Position numbers and translations under genes: made by a program. A model generated the notes under the pieces. It was not told the DNA's origin. It made no database searches and saw only the letters and a program-made list of their open reading frames with translations. Shown here piece by piece: positions 50,713-63,824 of a DNA stretch of 64,000 bases; position 1 is the stretch's first letter; each line of letters begins with the position of its first letter. Where the stretch lies: NCBI RefSeq assembly GCF_006345805.1, contig NC_042999.1, forward strand, positions 22,010,001 to 22,074,000. The letters are read 5' to 3'. The DNA comes from Octopus sinensis (lineage: Eukaryota).

Positions 50713-50946
50713 TTACTCTTTTACTCTTTTATTTGTTTTAGTCATTTGACTGCGGCCATGCTGGAGAACCGCCTTTAGTCGAGCAAATCGACTCCAGTGC
50801 CTATTCTGAGTAAGCCTAGTGCATATTCTATCGGTCTCTTTTGCCGAACCGCTAAGGTACGGGGACGTAAACACACCAGCATCTGTTGTCAAGCGATGGT
50901 GAGGCGACAAACACAGACACACAAACATATACACATACATACATAC

Positions 50947-51019
<73 letters not shown>

Positions 51020-51164
51020 TACAACAGGTTTCTTTTCAATTTCCGTCTACCGATTCCACTCACAAGGCTTTGAGACACTTGCCCAAGGTGCCATGTAGTG
51101 GGACTGAATCCAGAACCAAGTGGTTAATAAACAAGGTACTTACCACTCAGCTACTCCGGTGCCT
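50713..51164 (-). mobile_element. SINE family A with internal (GATA)n
   Basis: Head, body and tail match. Confidence 0.88.
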
Positions 51165-51414
51165 ATGGTTCATTAGTTCACGTTATTTTTTCACCCTTTT
51201 TGTCTACCATTTACATTTTCCCCCAATTTATAGACAACCAAATTCAGTTCTCCCTACACCGGAAGAATGGACGGTTGTTGTAACCGTATTAATATGGTTA
51301 TTAGATGGATGTAACACCCTTCAGGAAATTTACTCAGCGAAACACGCTACAAAACACAGCGACCAATGATAGATAGATAATAACGGACAAACAAACCTTG
51401 CTCTTTGCCGAGAT

Positions 51415-51597
51415 CATTATCATCCACTACTACTACAACGACTACTACTACTACTACTACTACTACTGTTGCTGCTGCTACTACTGCTGCTACTACTACT
51501 ACTACTATTATTATTAGTAGTAGTATTATTATTATTACTACCATATTTACTGTTATTACTTTTCTTATAATAATAATAATAATTATTATTATTATCA

Positions 51598-51637
<40 letters not shown>

Positions 51638-52115
51638 TTATTATTATTATTATTATTATTACTGCTACTACTACTTTTATTATTATTATTATTACTTTTA
51701 TTATTATCATTATTATTATTTTTATTACGTTTACTATTATTATTATTATTATTTTTATTACTTTTATTATTATTATTATTATTATTATTACTTTTATTAT
51801 TATTATTATTATTATTATTACTTTTATTATTATTATTATTACTTTTATTATTATTATTATTATTACTTTTATTATTATTAGTATTATCATTATTATTATT
51901 TTTATTATCATTACTTTTATTATCATTATTATTATTATTATTATTACTTTTATTATTATCATTATTATTATTTTTATTACGTTTATTTTATTATATTATA
52001 TTTTATTACTTTATTATTATTATTATTATTATTATTATACTTTTATTATTATTATTATTATTATTACTTTTATTATTATTATTATTACTTTTATTATTAT
52101 TATTATTATTATTAC

Positions 52116-52152
<37 letters not shown>

Positions 52153-52270
52153 TTTATTATCATTACTTTTATTATCATTATTATTATTATTATTATTAGT
52201 TTTATTATCAGTATTATTATTATTATTATTACTTTTATTATTATCATTATTTCATTATTATTATTCAATG
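51415..52270. repeat. (CTA)n/(ATT)n tract with higher-order (ATT)nACTTTT units
   Basis: Direct reading; source of the poly-I/Y ORFs. Confidence 0.95.
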
Positions 52271-52561
52271 ATTGCTTCCTTTTATTTACTTCTTTTTTTA
52301 TTACTATTATTCAAGGCTCTTGTTTTTTGTTTTGATTTCATTCTTTTTTGTATTTTTATTTTTTATATCTTCTTATTTTCTGTTTTACTGTCGAACCAGC
52401 AAATTGTCATTACAAGTTGTGATTACAACCGAAATAATCAATACATGATGGCGGTGGGAAAGACGACGACAGCGGAGGTTGGGGACGGGCATGGGTGGGT
52501 CTGTTTTAGATGTTTAATGGTGTTTGGTGGTTGGCGTTCGAGATGACAGTTGTAACGGAGA

Positions 52562-52672
52562 CGTGAAGAAGAAGAAGGAGAAGAAGAAGAAGAAAAAGAA
52601 GAAGAAGGAGGAGGAGGAGGAGGAGGAGAAGAAGAAGAAGAAGAAGAAGAAGAAGAAGAAGAAGAAGAAATC
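52562..52672. repeat. (GAA)n/(GGA)n polypurine tract
   Basis: Direct reading. Confidence 0.95.
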
Positions 52673-52769
52673 AAAAACAAAATGGTGGTTGCTAAAAAAA
52701 CAACGAGCAAAAACGAGGAAGAAAAAAAAATTGGGCCCACACATCATGCACGCATCACATAAACACAAT

Positions 52770-52844
52770 TATACACACAGACCGACATATATACACACAC
52801 AGTCATATATACATACACACACAAATGTATATAGATATGTACTA

Positions 52845-52888
<44 letters not shown>

Positions 52889-54107
52889 TATATATATACA
52901 TATATACACATACATATATATATACATATTATACATAGATATATGTTATATATATACATATTATATTATTATTACATAGATATATGTATATATATATATA
53001 TATATACATATATAAACATTATACATAGATATATGTATATATAATATATATATATATTATATATATATATAATATATATATATATTATATATAATATATA
53101 TATATGTGTGTGTGTGTATATATGTATGTATTTATATATATATATAGTCATATATGTATATATTTGTGTAAGTGTATATATGTGTGTGTGTGTGTGCGTA
53201 CACACTTTTTCTACGTATACACATTCCCATTGTGCGAAAGCGATTGTGAGTATACACCGATTACGTATATAACGCTCTCCAAAATCACTACATCAGATCT
53301 TCCTGAAACCATGAATAGTGTTCACTGATTGACATGAGAGAAAACGCGGTCATGGCAAGGATGTTTGTCAGTGTATCCGGGGTCAGAGACAAACAGCAGA
53401 ATTAAATACCAAAATAGACAAAAAAAAATACAAAAAAGAAAAGGAAAGAAAAAAGACAAAAAGAATGAAACAAAACAATGATACAGAGTTTCGATGGCGG
53501 TTTTCAAATTTATTGGCATCCACTGTATTTGGTTGTTAAGTTAGTTTTATTATTATAAGTATATCGAATGGGGTTATGTTATAAGAAGATTACTTAGCTA
53601 TGTATGTATGTATGTATGTATGTATGTATGTATGTATGTATGTATGTATGTATGTATGTATGTATGTATGATTGTGCGTGTGTGTGTGTGGTGTGTGTAG
53701 TCAAATGACTGAAACAAGTAAATGACTATCTGTATGTATATGCGTACGTGTATGCGCAAGTGCCTACTTATCTATGTGCGTGTGTGAGTGTGTGAGTGTG
53801 AGCGTGTGTATGTGTGTGTGTATGCACACACATATGTATACGTTTCTTGGTATATGAGCATACATATATACATATATATATAGCTATATATCTATATACC
53901 CAGAGACATACAAACCATACATATGTGTGTAGTGTATATATATATATTATATATATATAATATATATATACATATATATATATATACATACATTATATAT
54001 ATATACATATATATATGCATATATATGTGTATATATATACACACATATATATGTATATATATGTGTATATATATATATAACACACATATATATATGTATA
54101 ATATATA

Positions 54108-54143
<36 letters not shown>

Positions 54144-54216
54144 TATATATACATATATATGTATGTATATATATATACATATATGTATATACATATATAT
54201 GTATATATATGTATGC

Positions 54217-54255
<39 letters not shown>

Positions 54256-54262
54256 TATGTAT
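52770..54262. repeat. Large (TA)n/(TATG)n/(CATA)n-rich low-complexity zone with a short unique island (53200-53570)
   Basis: Direct reading. Confidence 0.85.
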
Positions 54263-54264
54263 AT

Positions 54265-54672
54265 ACTCTTACTCTCTTTTACTCTTTTACTTGTTTCAGT
54301 CATTTGACTGCGGCCATGCTGGAGCACCGCCTTTAGTCGAGCAAATCGACCCCGGGACTTATTCTTTGTAAGCCCAGTACTTATTCTATCGGTCTCTTTT
54401 GCCGAACCGCTAAGTGATGGGGACGTCAACACACCAGCATCGGTTGTCAAGCAATGCTAGGGGGACAAACACAGACACACAAACACACACACACACATAT
54501 ATATACATATATACGACAGGCTTCTTTCAGTTTCCGTCTACCAAATCCACTCACAAGGCATTGGTCGGCCCGGGGCTATAGTAGAAGACACTTGCCCAAG
54601 GTGCCACGCAGTGGGACTGAACCCGGAACCATGTGGTTGGTTAGCAAGCTACTTACCACACAGCCACTCCTG
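54265..54672 (-). mobile_element. SINE family A (young subfamily)
   Basis: Near-identical to 1-399 and 4978-5389. Confidence 0.92.
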
Positions 54673-54737
54673 ATGTATAAATATTGCATATATATATATA
54701 TACATATGTACATATATCTATATGTATATATTATATA

Positions 54738-54789
<52 letters not shown>

Positions 54790-54792
<3 letters not shown>

Positions 54793-55152
54793 ACTTAGAA
54801 TAACTTAGAAAGGTTTTGGCCAGTATTGGCCCAGCCCATGTCTAACTTAATAGCACCACCTGGCGAAGTCTTTCAATTCAGGATTTGGGCACCAAGGCCC
54901 ATTCGAGCAGAGAGTTATTGTTTGCGGAGACATATCCGGGTGTGGGTGGTTTGTCCGAGACTGTTTGAAGGAATTTGTCCAAAGACTTCTTGAATTTTGT
55001 GTGGTCAGTTTCTTTTTTGACGTGTCCTGGTGTAATGTTGAAGAGAGCGGGTCCAATTGTGGTGAAATAGTTGTGTCGTATTGTCGTTATGTGATGCGAT
55101 TTAGATTTTTGTTGTGGACGGATGGCACGTGGTATATATATTCTTTTATCTG
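54790..55152 (-). mobile_element. CR1-group LINE 3' end (5'-truncated)
   Basis: GPALFNITPGHVKKETDHTKFKKSLDKFLQTVSDKPPTPGY; short TCTAAGTTA tandem tail next to (TA)n. Confidence 0.8.
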
Positions 55153-55358
55153 TTACAGTCATTTCACTGCGGACATGCTCGAGCACCACCTTTAGTCGAA
55201 AAATTCGTCTTTGTAAGCATAATACTTATTCTATCTGTCTCTTTTGCCGAACCCCTAAGTTGATAGAATGAAAACACACCAACATCGGTTGCCAAACAGT
55301 GGTGGGGGGACAACACAAAAATACACATAGAAACACAGATATATATATATATATATAT

Positions 55359-55850
55359 AATTGAGGGTAAAATTAATTTTACCCTCAATTGTTGAAATTA
55401 TAATTCATCTCTCTCTATATAATGCCTCGGATTTTACCGAAAAAAGCATAGTGTTTACTGATTTTAACCCACGCTGGTGGAAAGGGGAGAGCAGAAATTC
55501 TTCGCTTGCATTTTTGAGTTTGTTGGCACTGTTAGTTACGAGCAGATCTTCAGAAGCTATAAGAAGCCGAAAGGGTATGCTCCCACTTTCAGTGTTTTCA
55601 AATCCAACCAGGGAGTTCTGAGCTGATGATAGAATGTCGAGTTTGACTAATCTTGAAACGTACGTTCTCAAATAACCTTCGCATTTGATTTTTTATGTCT
55701 CTACCCCCATATTTTCGTGAGTTGAATTGAGTAAACACTATATGAGAGAGTTTTTCTTAAGTATTAGAAATAGTTTTAAAAAAGTTTTTTTAGCTGCTAT
55801 TTCTAATGAGTTCAGTATGCGGCAAAGTAATTTATTTTACTAAGCCCTTT
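55359..55850 (+). mobile_element. ~490-bp hammerhead-bearing element with a 32-bp terminal palindrome, inserted in (TA)n
   Basis: AATTGAGGGTAAAATT|AATTTTACCCTCAATT (55359-55390); HHR at 55619-55670; second hairpin ATTAGAAATAG/CTATTTCTAAT ~55762-55808. Confidence 0.75.
55619..55670 (+). ncRNA. Type-I hammerhead ribozyme with palindromic loop 3
   Basis: TGAG-CTGATGA-t AGA at GTC gagttt GAC taa TCT t-GAAAC-GTAC-GT-T-CTCA; core intact, stem II closing pair imperfect. Confidence 0.7.
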
Positions 55851-55889
55851 TATATATATAATGTAATAATTTGAATATATATATATTAA

Positions 55890-55920
<31 letters not shown>

Positions 55921-56648
55921 CGATGGCTTCTTTTAGTTTCCATCTACCAAATCCACTCACAAGTCTTTAGTCGGCCCGAGGCTATAGCAGAAGTCATTTG
56001 CCCAAGGTTCCATGCAGTGGAACTGAACCCGGAACTATGGGGTTGGGAAGCAAGCTTCTTACCAAATACCCAAATGCCGTTCAGTATTTCTTGTAAAACA
56101 CTAAGTCACCTCGCCAAGGCTAAATAAGATACCAAAAGGCTAAAACAGCCCGAAATTTGAAAAAGACTTTCACGTTTCATTGCTGTTTTGTTCTAACTAT
56201 CATACGACATAACTACTGGACTAAACCTTTGATATGACCTTCCTCCGCGGCAGCTTCAATGACCATCCTCACCCGATCAACCAGTACGTTAACTGGCTAT
56301 GATCTGAGCTACATTCTCTTTAATAGAACAAAACAGTTTTAGAACGATCAGATAAGATATGGTTTGCAACACAATTCCATGTTGCTCGTAACGAACACTT
56401 CCGAAAATCAATAATTGTGAAACCGGTTGAGTGTATAAATATATATATTGAAATTTGAATAACCTTTTGTATATTCTATGTTCATTTTCAACTTCGTATA
56501 TACCTCTATATCCACTGCTGCGTCAGACACTACTACTCTATCTGTGTAATCCCACCTTCAATATAATTATCCCCCTTTTCATTTCTTACCTAAAATGTCG
56601 TTGCAACTATACCTATACTGTGATTAATTGATGTATTACACCAATCTA

Positions 56649-57067
56649 AAAAAGACCGCGAGCTGGCAGACACGTTAGCACGCCGGGTGAAATGCTTAGC
56701 GGTATTTCGTCGGCCGTTACGTTCTGAGTTCAAATTCCGCCGAGGTCGACTTTGCCTTTCATCCTTTCGGGTCGATAAATTAAGTACCAGTTTCGTACTG
56801 GGGTCGATGTAATCGACTTAATCCGTTTGTCTGACCTTGTTTGTCCTCTCTGTGTGTAGCCCCTTGTGGGCAGTAAAGAAATAGGTATTTCGTCTGCGGT
56901 TACGTTCTGAGTTCAAATTCCGCCGAGGTCGACTTTGGCTTTCATCCTTTCGGGGTCGATAAATTAAGTACCAGTTACGCACTGGGGTCGATGTAATCGA
57001 CTTAATCCGCTTGTCTGTCCGTGTTTTTTCCTCTCTGTGTTTAGCCCCTTGTGGGTAGTAAAGAAAT
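56649..57067 (+). mobile_element. SINE family C dimer (unit 183 bp) with 17-bp TSD
   Basis: TGTATTACACCAATCTA at 56632-56648 and 57068-57084; GGTATTTCGTC at 56701 and 56884. Confidence 0.95.
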
Positions 57068-57844
57068 TGTATTACACCAATCTACGTTTCTGTTCTTCTC
57101 CCTTTCTCTGCAATATAATTTATCCTGTCACCTTGACTGTAAGACTTTTCGTGGCTGCTTGAACGACAGATAGATATTTTGTTATCGGAATTCCTGATGT
57201 TTGTATTTTGTTCTTCTTACCTCTTGGTTAGCACCTTATAAGACTACCCCTCTTGTTGGCCATATCTTTTAAGAACAAATCAATAAGTCATTTTCAAACC
57301 CTTTTGCTCATATTCTCACCCTTAGGCGAAGGGACAAAACCGTTAATAAACACGTGTTCTCTTGTTCATCAATGATTCATTCATCAATGATGCAAGATAA
57401 CACGGTAAGTTCAAGTGTGAACTATATTAAGCTTATCACGAATTTATCTGTTATAACACGTGTCAGCAATCAGTCAAAGATTCTGCTTACACTGCAATAA
57501 AGCACCCGAGCGACCACCCACAATTCTCAGCTATGTAGAATGCACTGACTATCGCGTGTTTGCATGAGTGTGTTAAGGAGTTGCATATTTTTTATACGGT
57601 TTTACTTACTCGAACCCATCAACATGAAAGCACTAAACATGAAACAATTCGAAGGTGTCTGATCCTAAGGGAGTTTGGTGATTATTAATCTGCCATTCAT
57701 ATCTATATGAAGGCACCTGGTCCCAACAAACGAGGTAGACGAGTGTATTCTTTAAAAAAAAAAGTATTGATAAACAAGAAAATACGTGAGGGTTGAAGAA
57801 AAGTGCTCGAGTATGCATGCCTCATCTGTGTGTGTGTATGTGTA

Positions 57845-58410
57845 ACCGGTACTCCATCATGTTAATCAGATCAACGGAACAGCCTGCTCGTGAAATTAAC
57901 ATATTAACGTGCCAGTGGCTGAGCCACTCCACAAAGATGCGTACGAAATTCTCAGGAAGATTCAGCGGGACACAGAATGTGACAAGATTGGCCCTTTGAA
58001 TACAGATATGACTCACTTTTGCCAGCTGAGTGGACTGGAGCAACGCAAAATTCAATTCAATTCAATTTTTATTCGCTCAAAAAGCAAAAGCAATGCCGTG
58101 TAGTGGGACAGGGAGTTATGTACAGGGAGGGTGGTCATACAAAGAGTTCAGGCCATTTCTGGTCAAGAGAGACTTTGAACCGAGCGGTCGTCGGCATCTT
58201 GACTATCTCGTCCGGCAGCTTATTCCACGGATCCGCAACCCGGACGGAGAAAGCCCCTCTCCTTCGATTGAGATGAAATCGTTGTAGATAGAGCTTTTCG
58301 GAGTGACCCCGCAGCCCACGCTCTGTTGCTTAAGGACATACCGCACCGCTGGAAATCAAATTCAAACTTTTGCATCATGAGCAGAATATTCTAACTATTT
58401 AGCTGATAAG
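57845..58410 (-). mobile_element. CORE-type SINE with tail type 1, interrupted by a CR1 fragment
   Basis: GCCAGCTGAGTGGACTGGAGCAACG | insert | TGCTTAAGGACATAC..GGAAATCAAA; tail GATCAACGGAACAGCCTGCTCGTGAAATTAAC. Confidence 0.75.
58029..58323 (-). mobile_element. CR1 LINE 3' end with (ATTGA)n tail
   Basis: LRGHSEKLYLQRFHLNRRRGAFSVRVADPWNKLPDEIVKMPTTARFKVSLD. Confidence 0.9.
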
Positions 58411-58591
58411 GTTCGTAAGATAATCGTATCTCCCATTGTCATCTCTTTTCTGATTGCCCTGAATACATGACTCACAGTTCGTTCAGAAGCATACGTATAT
58501 TGAGACCTTGACTAGGTTATTAGTATCACGATGCCTTAGCAAAGTATAAAAGTATATACATATTATATATATATTATATATATATCGTTTG

Positions 58592-58912
58592 TGAAAGCGC
58601 ATGGCTTAGTGGTTAGAGCGTAGAGCTTACGATCGTGAGGTTGTGAGTTCGATTCTCGGACCTCGCTGTGTGTTGTGTTCTTGAGCCAGACAGTTTATTT
58701 CACGTTGCTCCAGTTAACTCAGCTGTAGAAATGAGTTGCGACATCACTGGTGCCAAGATGTATCGGCCTTTGCCTTTCCCTTGGATAACATTAGTGGTGT
58801 GGAGAGGGGAGCCTGGTATGCACAGACGACTGCTGGCCTTCTACTTGTGCCTCGGAGGGTAACTTTGTAGGTGCAATCCCATGGTCATTCATGACCGAAA
58901 GGGGTCTCCTCC
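58592..58912 (+). mobile_element. tRNA/CORE-type SINE, full length, 13-bp TSD
   Basis: A box TGGCTTAGTGG, B box GAGTTCGATTC, GTTCTTGAGC..TTGCTCCAG..CAGCTGTAGAAATG; TSD TATATATCGTTTG at 58579-58591 and 58913-58925. Confidence 0.9.
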
Positions 58913-58929
58913 TATATATCGTTTGAGAG

Positions 58930-59511
58930 GGAATAGAGGTCTGGTGAGAATGAATGATGAATGACTTTATAAGCAACTTTTGTATGGTGAGCTGGAAGAT
59001 GGTACGAGGCCAACACATAAATCCAAAACGAAGTTCAAGGCCTGCCTCAGAATTCTCTCTGAGAGAAACAGGACTTTTAGTTGTTGATTAGGAGAGAGAA
59101 GCACAAGACAGACATGGATCGAGAAAATGAGTGCACAGTGGTTGTTCGAAGTTTGAAAGAGAGGAAATGAAACACGAGAAGATCAAAGAGAAGACTTAAA
59201 AAGAATGAAGCTATTGAAAAATGAGTGAGTGTTGCTTTTTATGTGTATGATTTGGGGGGGGGGGGGGAATGCATGAGTTGTGCAGTCCTGGTCAGCCATC
59301 AGAGAACTCACAGGAATCAACCCTTTGTAAATTGTGATACGGCTATTGTTCACAACAGAACATGTGCAACCTTTGGAAAGTTGCACCTTTCAGCGGGAGG
59401 ATTGAAAAGGCACGTCAAAAGAATTCACACTGTGGCACTTGTTCCCTCTACCAGTCAGCACATCTATGCATTGTGCATTGCATTGTGCAATAGAATGTGC
59501 AAATCTTTGGC
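58930..59511 (+). mobile_element. Decayed RTE/BovB-like LINE C-terminus with C2H2-like zinc fingers
   Basis: GLVRMNDE*LYKQLLYGELEDGTRPTHKSKTKFKACL; LVSHQRTH; CATFGKLHLSAGGLKRHVKRIH; C..CNRMCKSLA. Confidence 0.8.
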
Positions 59512-59910
59512 CAGGAGTGGCAGTGTGGTAAGTAGCTTGTTTACCAACCACATGGTTCCGGGTTCAGTCCCACTGCGTGACACCTTGGGCAAGTGTTTTC
59601 TACTATAGCCTCGGGCCGACCAAAGCCTTGTGAGTGGATTTGGTAGACGGAAACTGAAAGAATCCCGTCGTATATATGTATGTGTGTGTGTGTGTGTGTT
59701 TATGTGTCTGTGTTTGTCCCCCCAACATCGCTTGACAACTGATAGTGGTGTGTTTATATCCCCATAACTTAGCGGTTCGGCAAAAGAGACCGATAGAATA
59801 AGTACTAGGTTTACAAAGAATAAGTCCTGGGGTCGATATGCTCGACTAAAGGCGGTGCTCCAGCATGGCCGCATTCAAATGACTGAAACAAGTAAAAGAG
59901 TAAAAGACTA
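59512..59910 (+). mobile_element. SINE family A
   Basis: Head, body and tail match. Confidence 0.92.
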
Positions 59911-60405
59911 AAAGAAGCTCAAGGGTCTTACAAGGGCCACACATTACATCATCAATAATTCAATTCAATGATTCCTTCTAGCGATGGCTTTGATCCTATA
60001 CAAGAAAGCAGCTACTATATAATACAACACTTATGTAGTAAATATATAAAGTAAATTATTTCTCGGTACAATGATAAAGAAAATGGCGATTAGACATGTG
60101 AACCTTATTGCTTTGACATCAGAAATGTCAGCATCGTTTTGAACAATCCCAGCGCAATAAGTGGCCAAAGTGTTTATATACTCAGTAGTTGGAGAGAACT
60201 AGGTCTACAAATTTACATACAGTTAAGGTTTAACAATTTATTTACTGTCAGTGGCCTATATAAAAATGTACAGATGTGTGTGTATATAAATGCATACAAG
60301 TATGTATACGTAAATTACATTTATATGTATATGTAAATACTCACGCACACAGATGAAGAAAGAGGAGGGAGGATGGATGGAGAGGCATGGAGAATAGAAG
60401 TGTCT

Positions 60406-60411
60406 TCGCGC

Positions 60412-60448
<37 letters not shown>

Positions 60449-60490
60449 TGTGTGTGTGTGTGTGTATGTGTGTGTGTGTGTGTGTGTGTA
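60406..60490. repeat. (CG)n(TG)n alternating purine-pyrimidine tract
   Basis: Direct reading. Confidence 0.95.
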
Positions 60491-60876
60491 ATATAGATAT
60501 TTAATGAAGCTGAAAAAGTTCAGCATTACAATTTACTATCGTTTCATCTGTCGATTTGACACGATGAAACAATAGAAAATTAGAATCTTGAACATTTTAA
60601 GCTTCACTAAATATCTATATTAAGCACACACAACACACACACATACACACACACATACACACACACACGCACACACACGTATGCACACACAGAAACACGG
60701 ATATACACGCGAATATATTCACCACCATATGTAAGTGTATGTGTGCGTGTATATGTAGGTGTATATAGATAAAACGTGTTGAGTGCATTTCTGTCCTTCG
60801 TTCAAAAAGTAGAACAATTATACATATGTATATATGTATGTATGTACGTATATATAGTTATATTATATATAGTATC

Positions 60877-60913
<37 letters not shown>

Positions 60914-61014
60914 GTGTGTGTGTGTGTGTTTATGTATATATACATGTGTGTTTTGCGTGTGTGTACAGAGAGAGAAAAATATAGTAACATACCTCTGTAT
61001 GTATAATACATACA

Positions 61015-61045
<31 letters not shown>

Positions 61046-61129
61046 GTGTGTGTGTGTATGTATGTATACAAACAGAGAGTGATAGAGACACACACAAATA
61101 TACATAAGCAATGGTCATACGCATACGCA

Positions 61130-63640
61130 CACACACATGCAAAGATACATATGTACATACATACATACACACATACATACATACATACATACATACATAA
61201 TGCATACATACACACATACATACATACATGCATACATACATACATACATACATACATACAACATACATACATACATACAAATACATACAATGCATACATA
61301 CACACATACACACATACACACATACAGACATACATGCATACATACATCCATACATACAACATACATACATACATACATAAATGATACACATACATACACA
61401 CATACATACATACTACATACATACATACATACATACAGACATACATACATACAAACATACATACATAATGCATACATACACACATACACACATACACACA
61501 TACATACATACATGCATACATACATACATACATACATACATACATACATGCATACATACATACATACACACATACATACATACACACATACATACATACA
61601 TACATACATACATACATACATACATACATGCATACATACATACATACATACATACATACATACATACACACATACATACACACATACACACATACATACA
61701 TACATACATACATACATACATACATACACACATACACATATACATACACACATACACACATACATACATACATACATACATACATACACATACACACACA
61801 CACATGCATACATACATACATACTCTACATACATACATACATACATATGCATACATACATTACATGCATACATATACAAAATACATACATACATAATATT
61901 ACATACAATACATACATACATCCATACACACATACCACAATACATACATGCATACATACATACATACATACATACATACATCTACATACATACATACACA
62001 CATACACACATGCATACATACTACATACTACATACTACATACATACATACATACATACATACATGCATACACACATACACACATGCATCATACATACATA
62101 CATACACATACATACAACACACATACACACATGCACACATACATACATACATACTCATACATACATACATACATACACACATACACACATACATACATAC
62201 ATACATACTACATCCACACATACATACATACATACATACATACACACATACATAATGCATACATACATACATACATACATACATACACACATACACACAG
62301 ACATACATACATACACACATACCTACATACATACATACATACATACATACACACATACACACATGCATACATACATACATACATACATACATACATACCT
62401 ACAACATACATACATACACACATACACACATGCATACATACATCATACATACATACATACATACATACACACATACACACATGCATACATACATACATAC
62501 ATACATACATACATACATACAACAATACATACATACACACATACACACATCATACATACATACATACATACATACACACATACATACATACATACATACA
62601 ACATACATACATACATACATACATATATACATACATACATACATACACACATACATACATACATACACACATACATACATACATACATACACCATACATA
62701 CATACATACATACATACATACACACATACATATATACATACATACATACATAATACATACATCTACATACATACATACATCTACACACATACACACATAC
62801 ATACATACATACATACATACATACATACATACATACACACATACATACATACATACATACACACATACACACATACATACATACATACATACATACATAC
62901 ATACATACACACATACATACATACATACATACACACATACATACATACATACATACATACATACATACACACATACATACATACATACATACATACATAC
63001 ATACATACATACACACATACACACATGCATACATACATACATACATACATACATACATACATACATACACACATACACACATGCATACATACATACATAC
63101 ATACATACATACATACACACATACACACATACATACATACATACATACATACATACATACATACACACATACATACATACATACATACACACATACATAC
63201 ATACATACATACATACATACATACATACATACATACACACATACATACATACATACATACATACACATACATACATACATACATACATACACACATACAT
63301 ACATACATACATACATACATACATACACACATACATACATACATACATCACAATACACACATACATACAATACATACATACATACACACATACACACATA
63401 CATACATACATACATACATACATACACATCATACATACATACATACATACATACACACACATACACCATACATACATACATCCATACATACATACACACA
63501 TACATACATACACTACAACATACATACATACATACATACATACATACATACATACATACATACACACATACACACATACATACATACATACATACATACA
63601 TACATACATACATACATACATACATACAATACAATACACT
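61130..63640. repeat. ~2.5-kb (CATA)n array with CACA/TGCA variants
   Basis: Direct reading; source of all YIHT/YVCM ORFs. Confidence 0.97.
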
Positions 63641-63824
63641 ACCACGGTAAATGTAAAGCGCCTAACAAATATAGAACAAGTAATTTAAGAACGAGAGAGA
63701 AGAGTGACCTCAGTCATATTTAAAACAAGACTAGGTTTTTAGGGCAATTTAAAATACGTGAATGAAAATATAATTATCAACTTCCAGTCTAGATTAAAGG
63801 TGACAGTACAAGTAGTATAGTTAA

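Larger units (their letters stand above)
55153..56066 (-). mobile_element. SINE family A split in its internal microsatellite (3' half 55153-55345, 5' half 55915-56066)
   Basis: The two halves are collinear around the 55359-55850 insert. Confidence 0.85.

Noticed and set aside
51347-52335. Poly-Ile/Tyr/Thr ORFs that look like membrane proteins
   Set aside because: (ATT)n and (CTA)n microsatellite read-through
56142-56189. Hairpin AAAACAGC...GCTGTTTT with GAAACGT and a GGCT/AGCC stem, possibly another inverted HHR relic
   Set aside because: No CUGANGA remains; too decayed to call
57326-57404. Possible 79-bp exon (TTCTCACCCTTAG ... ACG|GTAAGT) with one open frame
   Set aside because: Isolated splice-like signals are common by chance; no partner exons or protein similarity seen
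60802-63723. Very long ORFs (up to 686 aa) of YIHT/YVCM repeats
   Set aside because: Translation of (CATA)n, which has no stop codon in these frames; no domain content
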